Assembly: GCA_963663765.2 (NCBI GenBank)
Contig: CAXXUA010000012.1
Span: 1 to 33,035 of the forward strand
From: Candidatus Poribacteria bacterium
GTDB lineage: Bacteria > Poribacteria > WGA-4E > WGA-3G
DNA: 33,035 nt
Direction of reading: 5' to 3'
In this document: positions 16,527 to 26,293 of the stretch, in pieces
Layout of the letters: the number at the start of each line of letters is the position of its first letter
How positions within the stretch are numbered: the first letter of the stretch is position 1
Translations under genes and position numbers: made by a program
Notes under the pieces: model-generated
The model's database searches: none
What the model saw: the letters and a program-made list of their open reading frames with translations, nothing else
Told to the model about the DNA's origin: nothing

Positions 16527-16960
16527 TTAAGCAACAATCGCTCGTTTTGGCACGTTCCACGCGACGATGCCCCAGAAATCACTCATTTGCTCAAATAAGG
16601 TGCGTTTGCATGGCTTTGGCAACAGCAGCATTTTGCTTTTTTCCTGCTCTATCTTTAGCATATCCATCAACTGTCTTTCTCGCTCGGCTGATTGTTCAAG
16701 TTGAGACTTTAGATCACTGACCTGCACTTCCAATAAATCAACAACTTTTGCTGTGTCATTACCTGCCATTTCATTGTCATTGACCTGTTCATTGACAGGT
16801 TTTAATCTCCCATACACACGTTCAAGCTCTGCGGGATCTATCAGGTTTCTCCCTTTCTCGTCTTTGGTAGCTGACAACTCACCCTCACGGATAGCACGTC
16901 GCAGCGTTGATTCCGACACGTCTACCAGTTCCAGCGATTCTTGATCGTTATTTTTGACAT
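16527..16960 (-). pseudogene. HTH + coiled-coil protein copy 2 with 1-bp deletion at about codon 6 (real frameshift or read error)
   Basis: ~16610-17004 duplicates ~15440-15836. gattcttgatc here versus gattctttgatc in copy 1 breaks the MSKITIKES frame; C-terminus diverged. Confidence 0.65.
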
Positions 16961-17004
16961 ATCCAATACCTGCCATTCAAATAGTATTTGAATATATCAA
17001 CGTC

Positions 17005-17045
17005 CTTCACTTCTACATGATATACAGAATTATGTAGAAGTGAAG
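17005..17045. repeat. 14-bp perfect inverted repeat at the boundary of the HTH duplication
   Basis: cttcacttctacat (17005-17018) / atgtagaagtgaag (17032-17045). Confidence 0.9.
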
Positions 17046-17358
17046 TTGGCACACGTGGAAGAGACTTGGCAAACTCTGCTACAAGTGTGCGATTCAAAAA
17101 ATGTGTGTGGCATTTTAGCATACCTACAAAGCCGCAAGTTGTTCAAGTGTATCCAGTGTGTCGTTTTCGCTGGGATGTCCTTCTATTTCGCTTCTCTCTA
17201 CGGCATTTTCACTGATGGCTGTTTATTCTTATCTCGTTGTGTATTCTACCCACAGGGGCGTATCAATAAATGTGTTCTGGAGCAATCTGAACATCTTTTT
17301 ATTTTCTCATTCACAAAATAAACGGTGTTCTTCTCAAAAATCGGTATTATCAGGCATA

Positions 17359-17617
17359 CGGTATAAAGGCACGTGCGGTGCAAAGCGGTGGCACAGCAGG
17401 GTTGCAAGTGCCGTGCAAGCGAAGCGAAGCACCAAACGCAGCAACAAGCGACGCGCATGTGGATGTGTGGTAAGTGTAGCGAAGTGTAGCACATCGTCAC
17501 GTCAAAGCGGAGCCACGCGAAGCGTGACGATGACGACTGCGAAACGGAGCGAAACGACACACTACCACAGAGCGCAAGCTTCTGCCTGCCAACGCAAGCA
17601 GTGCACGCCTTATACCG
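17359..17617 (+). other. Branched hairpin element A, second copy
   Basis: Same as 285-543 at +17074. Confidence 0.65.
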
Positions 17618-17638
17618 AACGCCGATCGTTGCGGTATG

Positions 17639-19369
17639 TTATCCGTCACTTACAACAGGGAGTGGCGGTTGATATGGTGTTTCTCGGAGTGTTTGGACTA
17701 AAAGGGATCGCGTCCATGACAAAGCAGCTTGGAGGTCTATCGCTTCGCCCGGTTGGATATATCCTTCTTTTTTGTTTTGTCTACGTAGCGAGGTGAGACT
17801 CATCGTATTAGATTTTTTGCTATTGCACGGTTGGCATAAGAGCGCACGATTGTCTATGTCGTTGGTGCCGCCATCACTTTTCGGGACGATATGGTCAAGG
17901 TGTAAATAGCGTTTGTCGGGTGGCTCAAAGCTGCATCCCCAACATTTCAATCCGAACTGATCTACAAGGATTTGGTGCATCTCGGCATGGCTGTGCAGCG
18001 GTTCGAGATGGTGTTGATAGACATGGGATAATTCTGGGACTGTGGGAACGTCTTGATCGGGGCGGGGCGGAGGCTCGGTTTGATAATAGTGGATTCCTCT
18101 CTTTTCTGTTTGTTCGTCAAGATATTTTCTTAGGTCCGCAGTGTCTGAATATTTATTCAGAAGTAGATCGCGAGCTTTGCGGTCAATTTTCATCAGACGC
18201 GTGATAATATGGTAGCGTGCATCTACGCGTCTGTCTATGCCTACCCACCGACGTTTGAGGTTGTCTGCTGCGATTATCGTTGTTGCACAGCCACAGAACG
18301 GGTCTAATACGAGGTCGCCTTCATTGCTGCTTGCTTTGATAATGCGTTCATAGAGAGCAATCGGTTTTTGATCGGGCGAGCCTGTCCATTCATCTCCTTT
18401 GTTATAATTTGTGAAACCAGAAATATCTATGAATAGAGATTGAACTGGATTGCCAGAGTCTGCTTCAGCGTACCGCTTAAGCCCAGGCCATCCAGAACGA
18501 CCTTTTTTTGGATGGTGAATTAATCCTACAGAATCAAGAATATCTAATCTATCATGAACGCCTTTTATAGATCTATAGTTCGGAATGAGATTGTCTTCAA
18601 TCCATTTGGCATAATTTCCAGTTAACGGGGCTGACCAAACGCGACCTTTAGCTCTTACATCATACCCTGACCAAGGTTGTGAGCTTTCCCCGCCACTATA
18701 ACCGTGAGATGGGCCTGTCAAGTTATCCGATCTATACCTACCACGCTCGTCCTGGAGGGGATACGCCCTATCAATTTCTTCTGGGGTTTTCGGAACTGCG
18801 ATGGCAGATCCGTTCCAAGTTGTCTTTCCGGCTCCGGAGTAATACAACAATCTATCTGAGTTATTACCATATTTCTTTGGATCATTGTGAGCAATAGCTC
18901 TGCGCCACACGATTTCGTTTTTAAAGTTTTTTCTACCAAATATGGCATCCATACACATTTTGATGTAGTGGCTTGCGGTGGGATCGCAATGCAAATATAT
19001 GCTTCCTGTCTCTTTTAGGATACGGTGCATTTCAATGAGCCTGACGCTGAGAAAGCATAAAAACGCTGCGGTATCTTCGCCTTGACAATGTTTGGCAGCG
19101 TCTATGGCATGGTATAGTTCGGTGTGGTTGTCTTTGATTTCTTCAAGCCATTTGGGATGCACCTCGTTCCATTTCCATTGGTCTGGCAGTATGCCGGTGT
19201 CTCCCCATTTCCAGTTGTCTACATACTGTCCGGCTGTGCCGCTTCGGTTGCGTTTGATGTTGAAGGGCGGATCGGTGGCAATGAGGTCTACGGTGTCGCT
19301 GTTCATGCCGCGTAGCACTTCAAGGTTGTCCATTTCGTATAATGCGTTGTCGGGAAAGTTTTGTGTCAT
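17639..19369 (-). CDS. DNA methyltransferase-HNH fusion, second copy
   Basis: Identical translation to 565-2295. Confidence 0.93.
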   Translation of the reverse strand: MTQNFPDNALYEMDNLEVLRGMNSDTVDLIATDPPFNIKRNRSGTAGQYVDNWKWGDTGILPDQWKWNEVHPKWLEEIKDNHTELYHAIDAAKHCQGEDTAAFLCFLSVRLIEMHRILKETGSIYLHCDPTASHYIKMCMDAIFGRKNFKNEIVWRRAIAHNDPKKYGNNSDRLLYYSGAGKTTWNGSAIAVPKTPEEIDRAYPLQDERGRYRSDNLTGPSHGYSGGESSQPWSGYDVRAKGRVWSAPLTGNYAKWIEDNLIPNYRSIKGVHDRLDILDSVGLIHHPKKGRSGWPGLKRYAEADSGNPVQSLFIDISGFTNYNKGDEWTGSPDQKPIALYERIIKASSNEGDLVLDPFCGCATTIIAADNLKRRWVGIDRRVDARYHIITRLMKIDRKARDLLLNKYSDTADLRKYLDEQTEKRGIHYYQTEPPPRPDQDVPTVPELSHVYQHHLEPLHSHAEMHQILVDQFGLKCWGCSFEPPDKRYLHLDHIVPKSDGGTNDIDNRALLCQPCNSKKSNTMSLTSLRRQNKKEGYIQPGEAIDLQAALSWTRSLLVQTLRETPYQPPLPVVSDG

Positions 19370-19507
19370 CGGTGTTTTCCACGTCGTGTTTTGGGGAAAA
19401 GGATAGCATGGGAAGGGGGATTGTGTCAAGTGGGGTCTGAATAGGTCAATACACTGACCTAAGGTGATGTTAATCGCATTTGGGAGTAATGTCAATGCTA
19501 TTTGAGT

Positions 19508-19801
19508 TTATATAATATCAAAATGAACTTCTATATTATCCTCTCCTGCTTCATTAAATGCTTTGACTTCAATCATCCCATTGTCCCTTTTATCAGCACT
19601 ATCCTCTTTTAATGGTATTTCTCCATATATGCGAATTTTATTACCATCCCTGCTATGTGCTAGACCGATCCAAGGACCGATAACACTACATTTAAACGCA
19701 GCAGTATTCTTTACATATACAATAATTTCGTTATAATCACCCCACTTAAGTGTTTGGCGAGGCATAGGTGATATAATAGGGCATTCTGCTAAATTACTCA
19801 T
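19508..19801 (-). CDS. Possible Ig-like small protein, second copy
   Basis: Identical to 2434-2727. Confidence 0.6.
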   Translation of the reverse strand: MSNLAECPIISPMPRQTLKWGDYNEIIVYVKNTAAFKCSVIGPWIGLAHSRDGNKIRIYGEIPLKEDSADKRDNGMIEVKAFNEAGEDNIEVHFDII

Positions 19802-20018
19802 TGATATTCTCCTTACATAATTTATATTATTCAAACTTTTTCATCTTTAAATTCAAAAAAACGACCTAATAAATGTAATTGTAACAAAGGGATTTGGGAT
19901 TATCAAATGTCTTTTGGAATTGGCGTTTGGGACAAGACTGTCCCATTCAATCCAAACTATCTTGGCTAATCCATCTAATCTTAACAGCGGCGAAAGTTTA
20001 CAACTTCTCCGTTCTCTT

Positions 20019-20330
20019 TTAACGATAATGCAGTTCAATTTCATTTGGATAGAGTGGGGAACTTGCACCAACTATCCGATCAAATATAAGTATACAGTTA
20101 TCCCCAAGTCTGAAGTATTGATCGACCTTAATTGCTAAAGGACCATAAACTTCCACCTTTAATTCTTCTTTTGATTTACCATCCCGACAAAAACTAAAGG
20201 TGACTTTTTTGATTTTTGAAGAGTTGTAATCATGAGGAATGTACTTATCTATTGCTTCATGGGTTGGAACTTCTTCAAAATAGGGGTCGGTTATTAGTTT
20301 ACCACGTAAATTATAGCCTTGCATCTTCAT
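20019..20330 (-). CDS. SSB-like protein, second copy
   Basis: Identical to 2945-3256. Confidence 0.55.
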   Translation of the reverse strand: MKMQGYNLRGKLITDPYFEEVPTHEAIDKYIPHDYNSSKIKKVTFSFCRDGKSKEELKVEVYGPLAIKVDQYFRLGDNCILIFDRIVGASSPLYPNEIELHYR

Positions 20331-20950
20331 TTTCCCTCATGGTCTCAGTATAATTGCCATGAAAATAGTTGTATAACCTATGCCAAATTTGGTCTTACTG
20401 AGGTATTCTATTATTAGGACTTACGCGAAATGCTTAATTATTCCCTTCATATGAAATGGGTCAAACGCTTTATCAAGTCAAACATAGTACGTTGCCTGAT
20501 TTTCTATGTCAACAATTTTAAACCTACTCTTAAAATGGATTATGCGCAAGTTTTAATATTATATCATGTCCGCAAAACAAACATCAAATCGTTTCGTCTG
20601 GGGTGTGTAAAGTTCTTGGCAAAACAGCAATTATTCAACGATTGCATACCTCTGCGTATGTCATGAATGTTTGCATTAATTGCATTAATTACTATTATAA
20701 TTTGGATTTATTTATGAAAAACCTTCGCGAAAAAATAGAGTTAGCTTCAGTCATAATAAGAGATTATCAATGAGCTGGGTGTATTTCTGAGACTGAAAGA
20801 ATGCGGGGCACGGAGACTCCGCAAGACAATGGTTGGTGAGAACTTAGTGCCCAAAACTTTACACACCCTTTCGTCTGTTCAGGTGCTAACAGTGTTTGCA
20901 GTTAAGATAAGTTTCAGTTGTAAATGAAGATTCTTTTCTGTTACCACCAT

Positions 20951-21454
20951 TTACCGCCACACCCTTTCTATAACTCTCATAAATATATCTTCACTCACAG
21001 GGGCTTGGTCAGGGGCAATAATTTTTAAAAGCGACGTGTAAGCTTCATAGGGCATATATCCCCCTGGATAATTATTACCACTGCATATCTCTGAATTTAA
21101 CTCAAATCCCCACCAACTAATCAATTTTTGGGTTTTGTTGAGGTCGTCTTCTGGATCCCAAATCCCGTTGACTGCTTCTTCCTTTTCCCATATTTCCCGA
21201 ACAATATCAGACGCTTCAACAGGGGTTATTTCACTGCGATTATAAATCCTACCGCACCCGTTACACCTGCATTCATCACCATACTCAAGAAGAATGCCGT
21301 CACAAGAAATAGTGCTTGGACAATCACCATATTCATATATCTGTTCCCCTTTTCTAAATCCTCTCGCGAAAATATCAATACTCACAAATACTCTCCTTTT
21401 TTTGTTCAACTGGCGATTTTCCGCCAGTTCAAAATTAAATACGGAACATATCAC
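20951..21454 (-). CDS. Hypothetical Cys-cluster protein, second copy
   Basis: Identical to 3877-4380. Confidence 0.7.
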   Translation of the reverse strand: MICSVFNFELAENRQLNKKRRVFVSIDIFARGFRKGEQIYEYGDCPSTISCDGILLEYGDECRCNGCGRIYNRSEITPVEASDIVREIWEKEEAVNGIWDPEDDLNKTQKLISWWGFELNSEICSGNNYPGGYMPYEAYTSLLKIIAPDQAPVSEDIFMRVIERVWR

Positions 21455-21472
21455 ATGGTTAATTTTAATATT

Positions 21473-21551
21473 GTTACTGATGCAAAACGTGGGTCAATTT
21501 ATAAGTACGTACTCTTTAATTAGAAATTGACCCACGTTTTGCATCAGTAAC
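21473..21551. repeat. 28-bp inverted repeat, second copy
   Basis: Same as 4399-4477. Confidence 0.95.
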
Positions 21552-24500
21552 TCCATTTTTTTGATAATATCCGCGCTTTGGTTTAGACACCTTGCCTGCT
21601 TCCAAAAGTGCTTTAATAGCACTCCAAACATTTCGCTTCGCAAATCTTGCGTGTTTGACAATATCATTTGTTTTCCACACTTCACCATCACCGAGTATAT
21701 CCAAGACATTCTGCTGAGCAGGCGGTAATGGTTTGATCCCTTTACACCACTTTCCAACAGTCTGTGGGTGTATCTCTAAATCTTCAGCGATTGCTTTTAT
21801 AGTTTCACCGGCATGTCTGCGGAATTGTGCAGTTTCTTTTAGATCAGCGTTCTTTTCTGGCGGTGCGATAGTATCATAGGTGTCGAGTGTGATCTCTGTC
21901 CCCTCCGGTGTGCTGGGTTGATTGAGAAGCCACCTTTTGAAAGACGCAAGCCGTAAATCCATGTGTTCTGTATCGGTCAAGTAGTAGTTTTCACCCAATT
22001 TTGCGATACGTTGTGGATACCATTCTTGAATGAATGCCCGCACCCATTCAACGACCATAGCGTCTGTAGCTATTTTCAAAAATCTTGCTTTACGGTATCC
22101 AGATGCTCTAAACGCTCCGTTTTGTAGTTCTGTTATGAAAGGTTTACCAGTGGAAGTCTCTGAATGCAAAACTTCACGAACGGTTGTTGCGAGTGCTTTC
22201 TCATCAAACACTTCTTTCGTAAGTCTATCCAGTAGGCAGGTAAGCAATTCTCCTGTCCGCCTATCATCACATATTGATGTGATTTCAACACCACCACCGG
22301 ACATCACCAGTTCAGCATCTACGCATTCAAGTTCGGCTTGTAATTGGTTTGCTGTCCATTTCGGTTGATGCACAGCGAAATATCCGCGTCGTTGTTTCGC
22401 AAGGTTCTTGGCGGAAATGTCATTTGTGACAAGTCCATTGTCAACTAATTTGACAGCAAGCAACATATCCTCAACATCCAGTGCGGTATCATCGGCATTG
22501 GTGCGTGTATCATCCCAACCGACCGACTGCGACGCAGCGTTGGCAGCTTCATAAGCAAGCCGCATGATTGGTGTGAGTCGTCCTTTGTTGCTTTGGATGC
22601 GTATTTCTGAGGATGTCAACAACTTGGATTTTTCTATAAATTCTATTGCCTTCGGTATGTATGCATCTTTTTCTTTGTTGCGGAGTTCTTTTCGTATTGT
22701 CGACATAGATGTAAGCGTTTCGGGTGCGTGTGGTATAGATGATGCGTGAGACACCGGCATATTTGCCAACTTAGTGAGATGATGCTCTACAAACTGCTCA
22801 AATTGAAGATCCGCTAATGAGTTGAGTGCTTGGGCATAAGCAACTTTTTGTAAGCCGTTAGTGGATATATGTGCGTTTTCAGACTCTATCTGTTTCAATA
22901 TTTCGTGATATAAACTCACATCGTAATTTTCTGTGGGTCTAACAGGGAGTGCCAGGTTGTAGTCGGTATAATGAACGGACACACCGCAGCGTCCCCGATC
23001 TCTCACACATTGCTGCACCGTCATGCTTGCATCTCGCGCCCCGTGTTTAATACCAGTCAAAACCACCGTGCGCGCTTTTGGGTCTAAGATTGAGAGCCCA
23101 ACACCTGCAGCGGATGTTCCGACAAAGACTCTTGTGTCCGTAAGTTTCTGGTTTCGTAGCACAGCATCGGCACGTGGCATGCCTTTCGTATAGGCAGAAT
23201 ACACTACTGGGGATTCCTCTCGAAACTCGTTAGCGATCAGTTCAGCATCTCTGCGTGTGTTGGTAAACACATAAGCGTTGAACCCTTGCTCAAGGATGTC
23301 GGTTATATCCTGTATACCCGATGCGACAATAGCGTTCTGTTTTCCTTTTGTGTTTTCGTGTTTGTGTAAAACCACAGAACCTTGTGCTTGTGTAGCAGTG
23401 TTGTAAAATCCTTGAACGTTATCTGTTTCTAATTCCTCAGCAAATGCTTCCAATGCAAGCGTGGACTCGGTTTGTCCGCTCACAACCAATCCAGTAGATT
23501 CCAAAACATCCCGCAGACATTTTTTTACAGCTGTAGCATTGTCAATGGACAGTGCAAGTAATCCATAAGAGAAATCCAGTTCGTCTATAGCAACATATAA
23601 CTGTTCTGCTCCGTTATCCTGTGCGTGGCGAACGATACTTGGCAAGGATGGTAAACAAGCGATTGCACCACAATCACCGATAAATCTGTCATCTCGGTCA
23701 ACACCTTCATGCCATAAGCCCCATGCATTGCGTCCATATTGTTTACGCAACTGGTGTGCGAGGAATCTCGCGACAGCAATGTTAGGCGTGGCAATAACAC
23801 CCTTCCCAAGCCCAGCATTTGCAAGCATGACTAAATCTTTACAAATCTCTGTAGTCTTCCCTGTAGACATCCCTGACCCCATGTGAGTCAACATACCAGG
23901 TTCAAACAGCCTAAAATCAGCAAACTCAGGATCATCACCGATAAAACCTTGATGATCTGAGATGATAGAGTTTGGCAATGTGCGGTTAAGTTCATATTCC
24001 AGATACGAACCTATCGGATAGTCCTTGTGACACCCATCGCAATACACCCCAGCTGTCAACAAATACCTATCTATCCATTTTGCAGTATCAGCTCCGCAGT
24101 GTTGACAGCTGCCAAACAGCGTTGACCACACGCGCCGTTTTTCAACCTCTGTAGGTTGTCCGTTCATAGCAAATGTGTTGGTGAGTGGATGTAGGTATTT
24201 GTATTTAGGTGTCCAAACAGGTGTTGTGCCATGCCACCCCGCATCAGGCGACATCGCTAAGTACTCACGCACGACACTGCGCGCCTCTGTAGAGAAATAC
24301 GGATATGATGCTATTTCACGAACTTCTATTGTGGGTGCTGCTTTGATTATTGGGTGATCAGGTGGCAGTGTTGTGACAGGTTCTATGGGAACTCCTGGCG
24401 TTGTCATCTCTTCGTCTATCGGAACATTAGATTTCAACAGTCCTTCTTTGCGTGCGAATGCATCGCGTTGCTTGGCGGCTTCTTTGAATATGTCAGGATG

Positions 24501-25760
24501 TGTGCCTATACCGGCATCTGCCAAAGCACAACGCAATGCATGTCTTTGGCTTTTCTCTGTCATGTCATGACCATAGATGTGCCATGCTAAAAATCTGTGA
24601 GCGTTGATGGTGTTTTGGTCGGCTGTTGAGGGGAATTCAGACTGCATTGTGTTGGAGTAGACTTTGAGCACCCCGTCATCAAGTTCAAAAGACCGATCTA
24701 CATCAGACGCATGCCAATGCCATACATTATCGCGAATGTTTGTTGCTAAACCATGTTCAACAAATAAAGCAGCAGGATCAAGTTTGTTGAATGTTGAGAT
24801 GGGTTCTTGGAGATCTGACACACTGAGATCATACCCTCGCTGTGTCAAAGTTTCGTTTATTTCTCTATTCCGTTCGCTGTTAGCTTTGTGATGTTCTTTG
24901 CGTTCTGTATCCTTTTTCTGCTGTTGTTTCTGGTGCTGTGTTTTTGTCATAACTGCGGCTTTGGCTACTTCCAAAGCAGACGCAAGCCACACCGTATCAA
25001 CATCATAGTTATAAAAAGCATCCATTGCATTGTGTGTGTTTCCAAACCCTACCGCGACTGGGTTCTTCGTGACATTTTTAGGTATACAATCAAGTTCTCC
25101 GCAGAGAATATCACCCAAAGCTCTAAACACTCGTTGATCTGTAATGGGTTGTGATAATATTACAACGCCACGCGCCTTGAAAGGTCTACCTTCATGGAGC
25201 GAGGATGCGGAAGGGATAAGGTAAGAGCAGATACGCTGCAGTAAGGGATAACGTTCAAAGAGTTCAGCTTGAGAAGAAACAGGTTCAGGGGCATCCAGGT
25301 GTTTCTCATCTCGAAACACATCTATATCCAGCAAGACACCAGAGACACCACGCCATGTGTTGGAATTGCGGATATACTGATGACACCTCTCTCCAAACAT
25401 CAACGATACGCCATATCCATCAGTAAGTCTTCTAAACACGGCATCGGGTGTATCAACACGTTGTATCCAGTGTCTCGCTCCTTGCATACCTGCTTGAGAA
25501 TGTTTTGTCTGTGGAGATGTGCATTTCTCGGCAGTGTTTTCAAGGAATGCTATCTGTCCATCGGGGAGTGGTACATCGATAGAGACAAGCGTGTCCTGCT
25601 CTCTCGCTGCTGCTTCCATCTCTTTGTATGGAGGCACCGGGTGAAAATCAGATTTCAAAGCATGCAGAGCGTCTTTCTCTTGCGGGGGACACGGATAAAG
25701 CAGTTCAGGTAGTGTCCAGTGCTTGAAGGGATACCTAAAATCAGACTCTTTCCACTTCAT
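21516..25760 (-). CDS. Primase-helicase replication protein, second copy
   Basis: Identical translation to 4442-8686. Confidence 0.85.
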   Translation of the reverse strand: MKWKESDFRYPFKHWTLPELLYPCPPQEKDALHALKSDFHPVPPYKEMEAAAREQDTLVSIDVPLPDGQIAFLENTAEKCTSPQTKHSQAGMQGARHWIQRVDTPDAVFRRLTDGYGVSLMFGERCHQYIRNSNTWRGVSGVLLDIDVFRDEKHLDAPEPVSSQAELFERYPLLQRICSYLIPSASSLHEGRPFKARGVVILSQPITDQRVFRALGDILCGELDCIPKNVTKNPVAVGFGNTHNAMDAFYNYDVDTVWLASALEVAKAAVMTKTQHQKQQQKKDTERKEHHKANSERNREINETLTQRGYDLSVSDLQEPISTFNKLDPAALFVEHGLATNIRDNVWHWHASDVDRSFELDDGVLKVYSNTMQSEFPSTADQNTINAHRFLAWHIYGHDMTEKSQRHALRCALADAGIGTHPDIFKEAAKQRDAFARKEGLLKSNVPIDEEMTTPGVPIEPVTTLPPDHPIIKAAPTIEVREIASYPYFSTEARSVVREYLAMSPDAGWHGTTPVWTPKYKYLHPLTNTFAMNGQPTEVEKRRVWSTLFGSCQHCGADTAKWIDRYLLTAGVYCDGCHKDYPIGSYLEYELNRTLPNSIISDHQGFIGDDPEFADFRLFEPGMLTHMGSGMSTGKTTEICKDLVMLANAGLGKGVIATPNIAVARFLAHQLRKQYGRNAWGLWHEGVDRDDRFIGDCGAIACLPSLPSIVRHAQDNGAEQLYVAIDELDFSYGLLALSIDNATAVKKCLRDVLESTGLVVSGQTESTLALEAFAEELETDNVQGFYNTATQAQGSVVLHKHENTKGKQNAIVASGIQDITDILEQGFNAYVFTNTRRDAELIANEFREESPVVYSAYTKGMPRADAVLRNQKLTDTRVFVGTSAAGVGLSILDPKARTVVLTGIKHGARDASMTVQQCVRDRGRCGVSVHYTDYNLALPVRPTENYDVSLYHEILKQIESENAHISTNGLQKVAYAQALNSLADLQFEQFVEHHLTKLANMPVSHASSIPHAPETLTSMSTIRKELRNKEKDAYIPKAIEFIEKSKLLTSSEIRIQSNKGRLTPIMRLAYEAANAASQSVGWDDTRTNADDTALDVEDMLLAVKLVDNGLVTNDISAKNLAKQRRGYFAVHQPKWTANQLQAELECVDAELVMSGGGVEITSICDDRRTGELLTCLLDRLTKEVFDEKALATTVREVLHSETSTGKPFITELQNGAFRASGYRKARFLKIATDAMVVEWVRAFIQEWYPQRIAKLGENYYLTDTEHMDLRLASFKRWLLNQPSTPEGTEITLDTYDTIAPPEKNADLKETAQFRRHAGETIKAIAEDLEIHPQTVGKWCKGIKPLPPAQQNVLDILGDGEVWKTNDIVKHARFAKRNVWSAIKALLEAGKVSKPKRGYYQKNGVTDAKRGSISN

Positions 25761-25761
25761 G

Positions 25762-26253
25762 TCAAAATCTCCTTACACGACGTTGTAAAGGAGATTTGTG
25801 AAAAAATAGCATGCCCAAAAAAGTTTGACAATCTCTTGCGTTTTTTGGTATACTATACACGTCAATGCACGAAGGCTTTACAATGTCGTTTTTTGGTATA
25901 CTATACACGTCAATCCACGAACTCTTTACAATGTCGTTTTTTGGTATACTATACATGTCAATCTGCGAAGGCTTTACAATGTCGTTTTTTGATATGCTAT
26001 GAACGTCAATCTGCGAACTCTTTACAGCGTCGTGTTTTGATACATCAATCCGCGAAATTCTCCTCACAAAGAAATCGTGTTTTGATATGCTCGTATAAGA
26101 CACTGTAGCATTTGTCTTATATACAAAATCCACGAAACTATGTGTCCAACAAAGCTCGTGATTTTTTGGGGTTGCCTGAAGGCAACCCTTCACTTTTTTA
26201 TCTGACCACATTTTACCATTCCCATCTGTATTTGTCAACAAAAAGTTTGTCAT
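25762..26253 (-). CDS. Putative leader ORF, second copy
   Basis: Identical to 8688-9179. Confidence 0.4.
   Translation of the reverse strand: MTNFLLTNTDGNGKMWSDKKVKGCLQATPKNHELCWTHSFVDFVYKTNATVSYTSISKHDFFVRRISRIDVSKHDAVKSSQIDVHSISKNDIVKPSQIDMYSIPKNDIVKSSWIDVYSIPKNDIVKPSCIDVYSIPKNARDCQTFLGMLFFHKSPLQRRVRRF
25839..26094. repeat. 48-bp tandem array, second copy
   Basis: Same as 8765-9020. Confidence 0.95.
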
Positions 26254-26293
26254 AATTTGTCATCTCCGACCGAGAATCACACAGATTTTTCTT

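Larger units (their letters stand above)
1..17074. mobile_element. Small (~17.07 kb) plasmid-like replicon, one unit length
   Basis: Circular permutation; primase-helicase Rep, tyrosine recombinase, HTH-coiled-coil proteins and MTase-HNH; no housekeeping or virion genes. Confidence 0.85.

Noticed and set aside
1-17074. Phage/prophage or conjugative element
   Set aside because: No terminase, capsid, tail, relaxase or T4SS motifs recognised.
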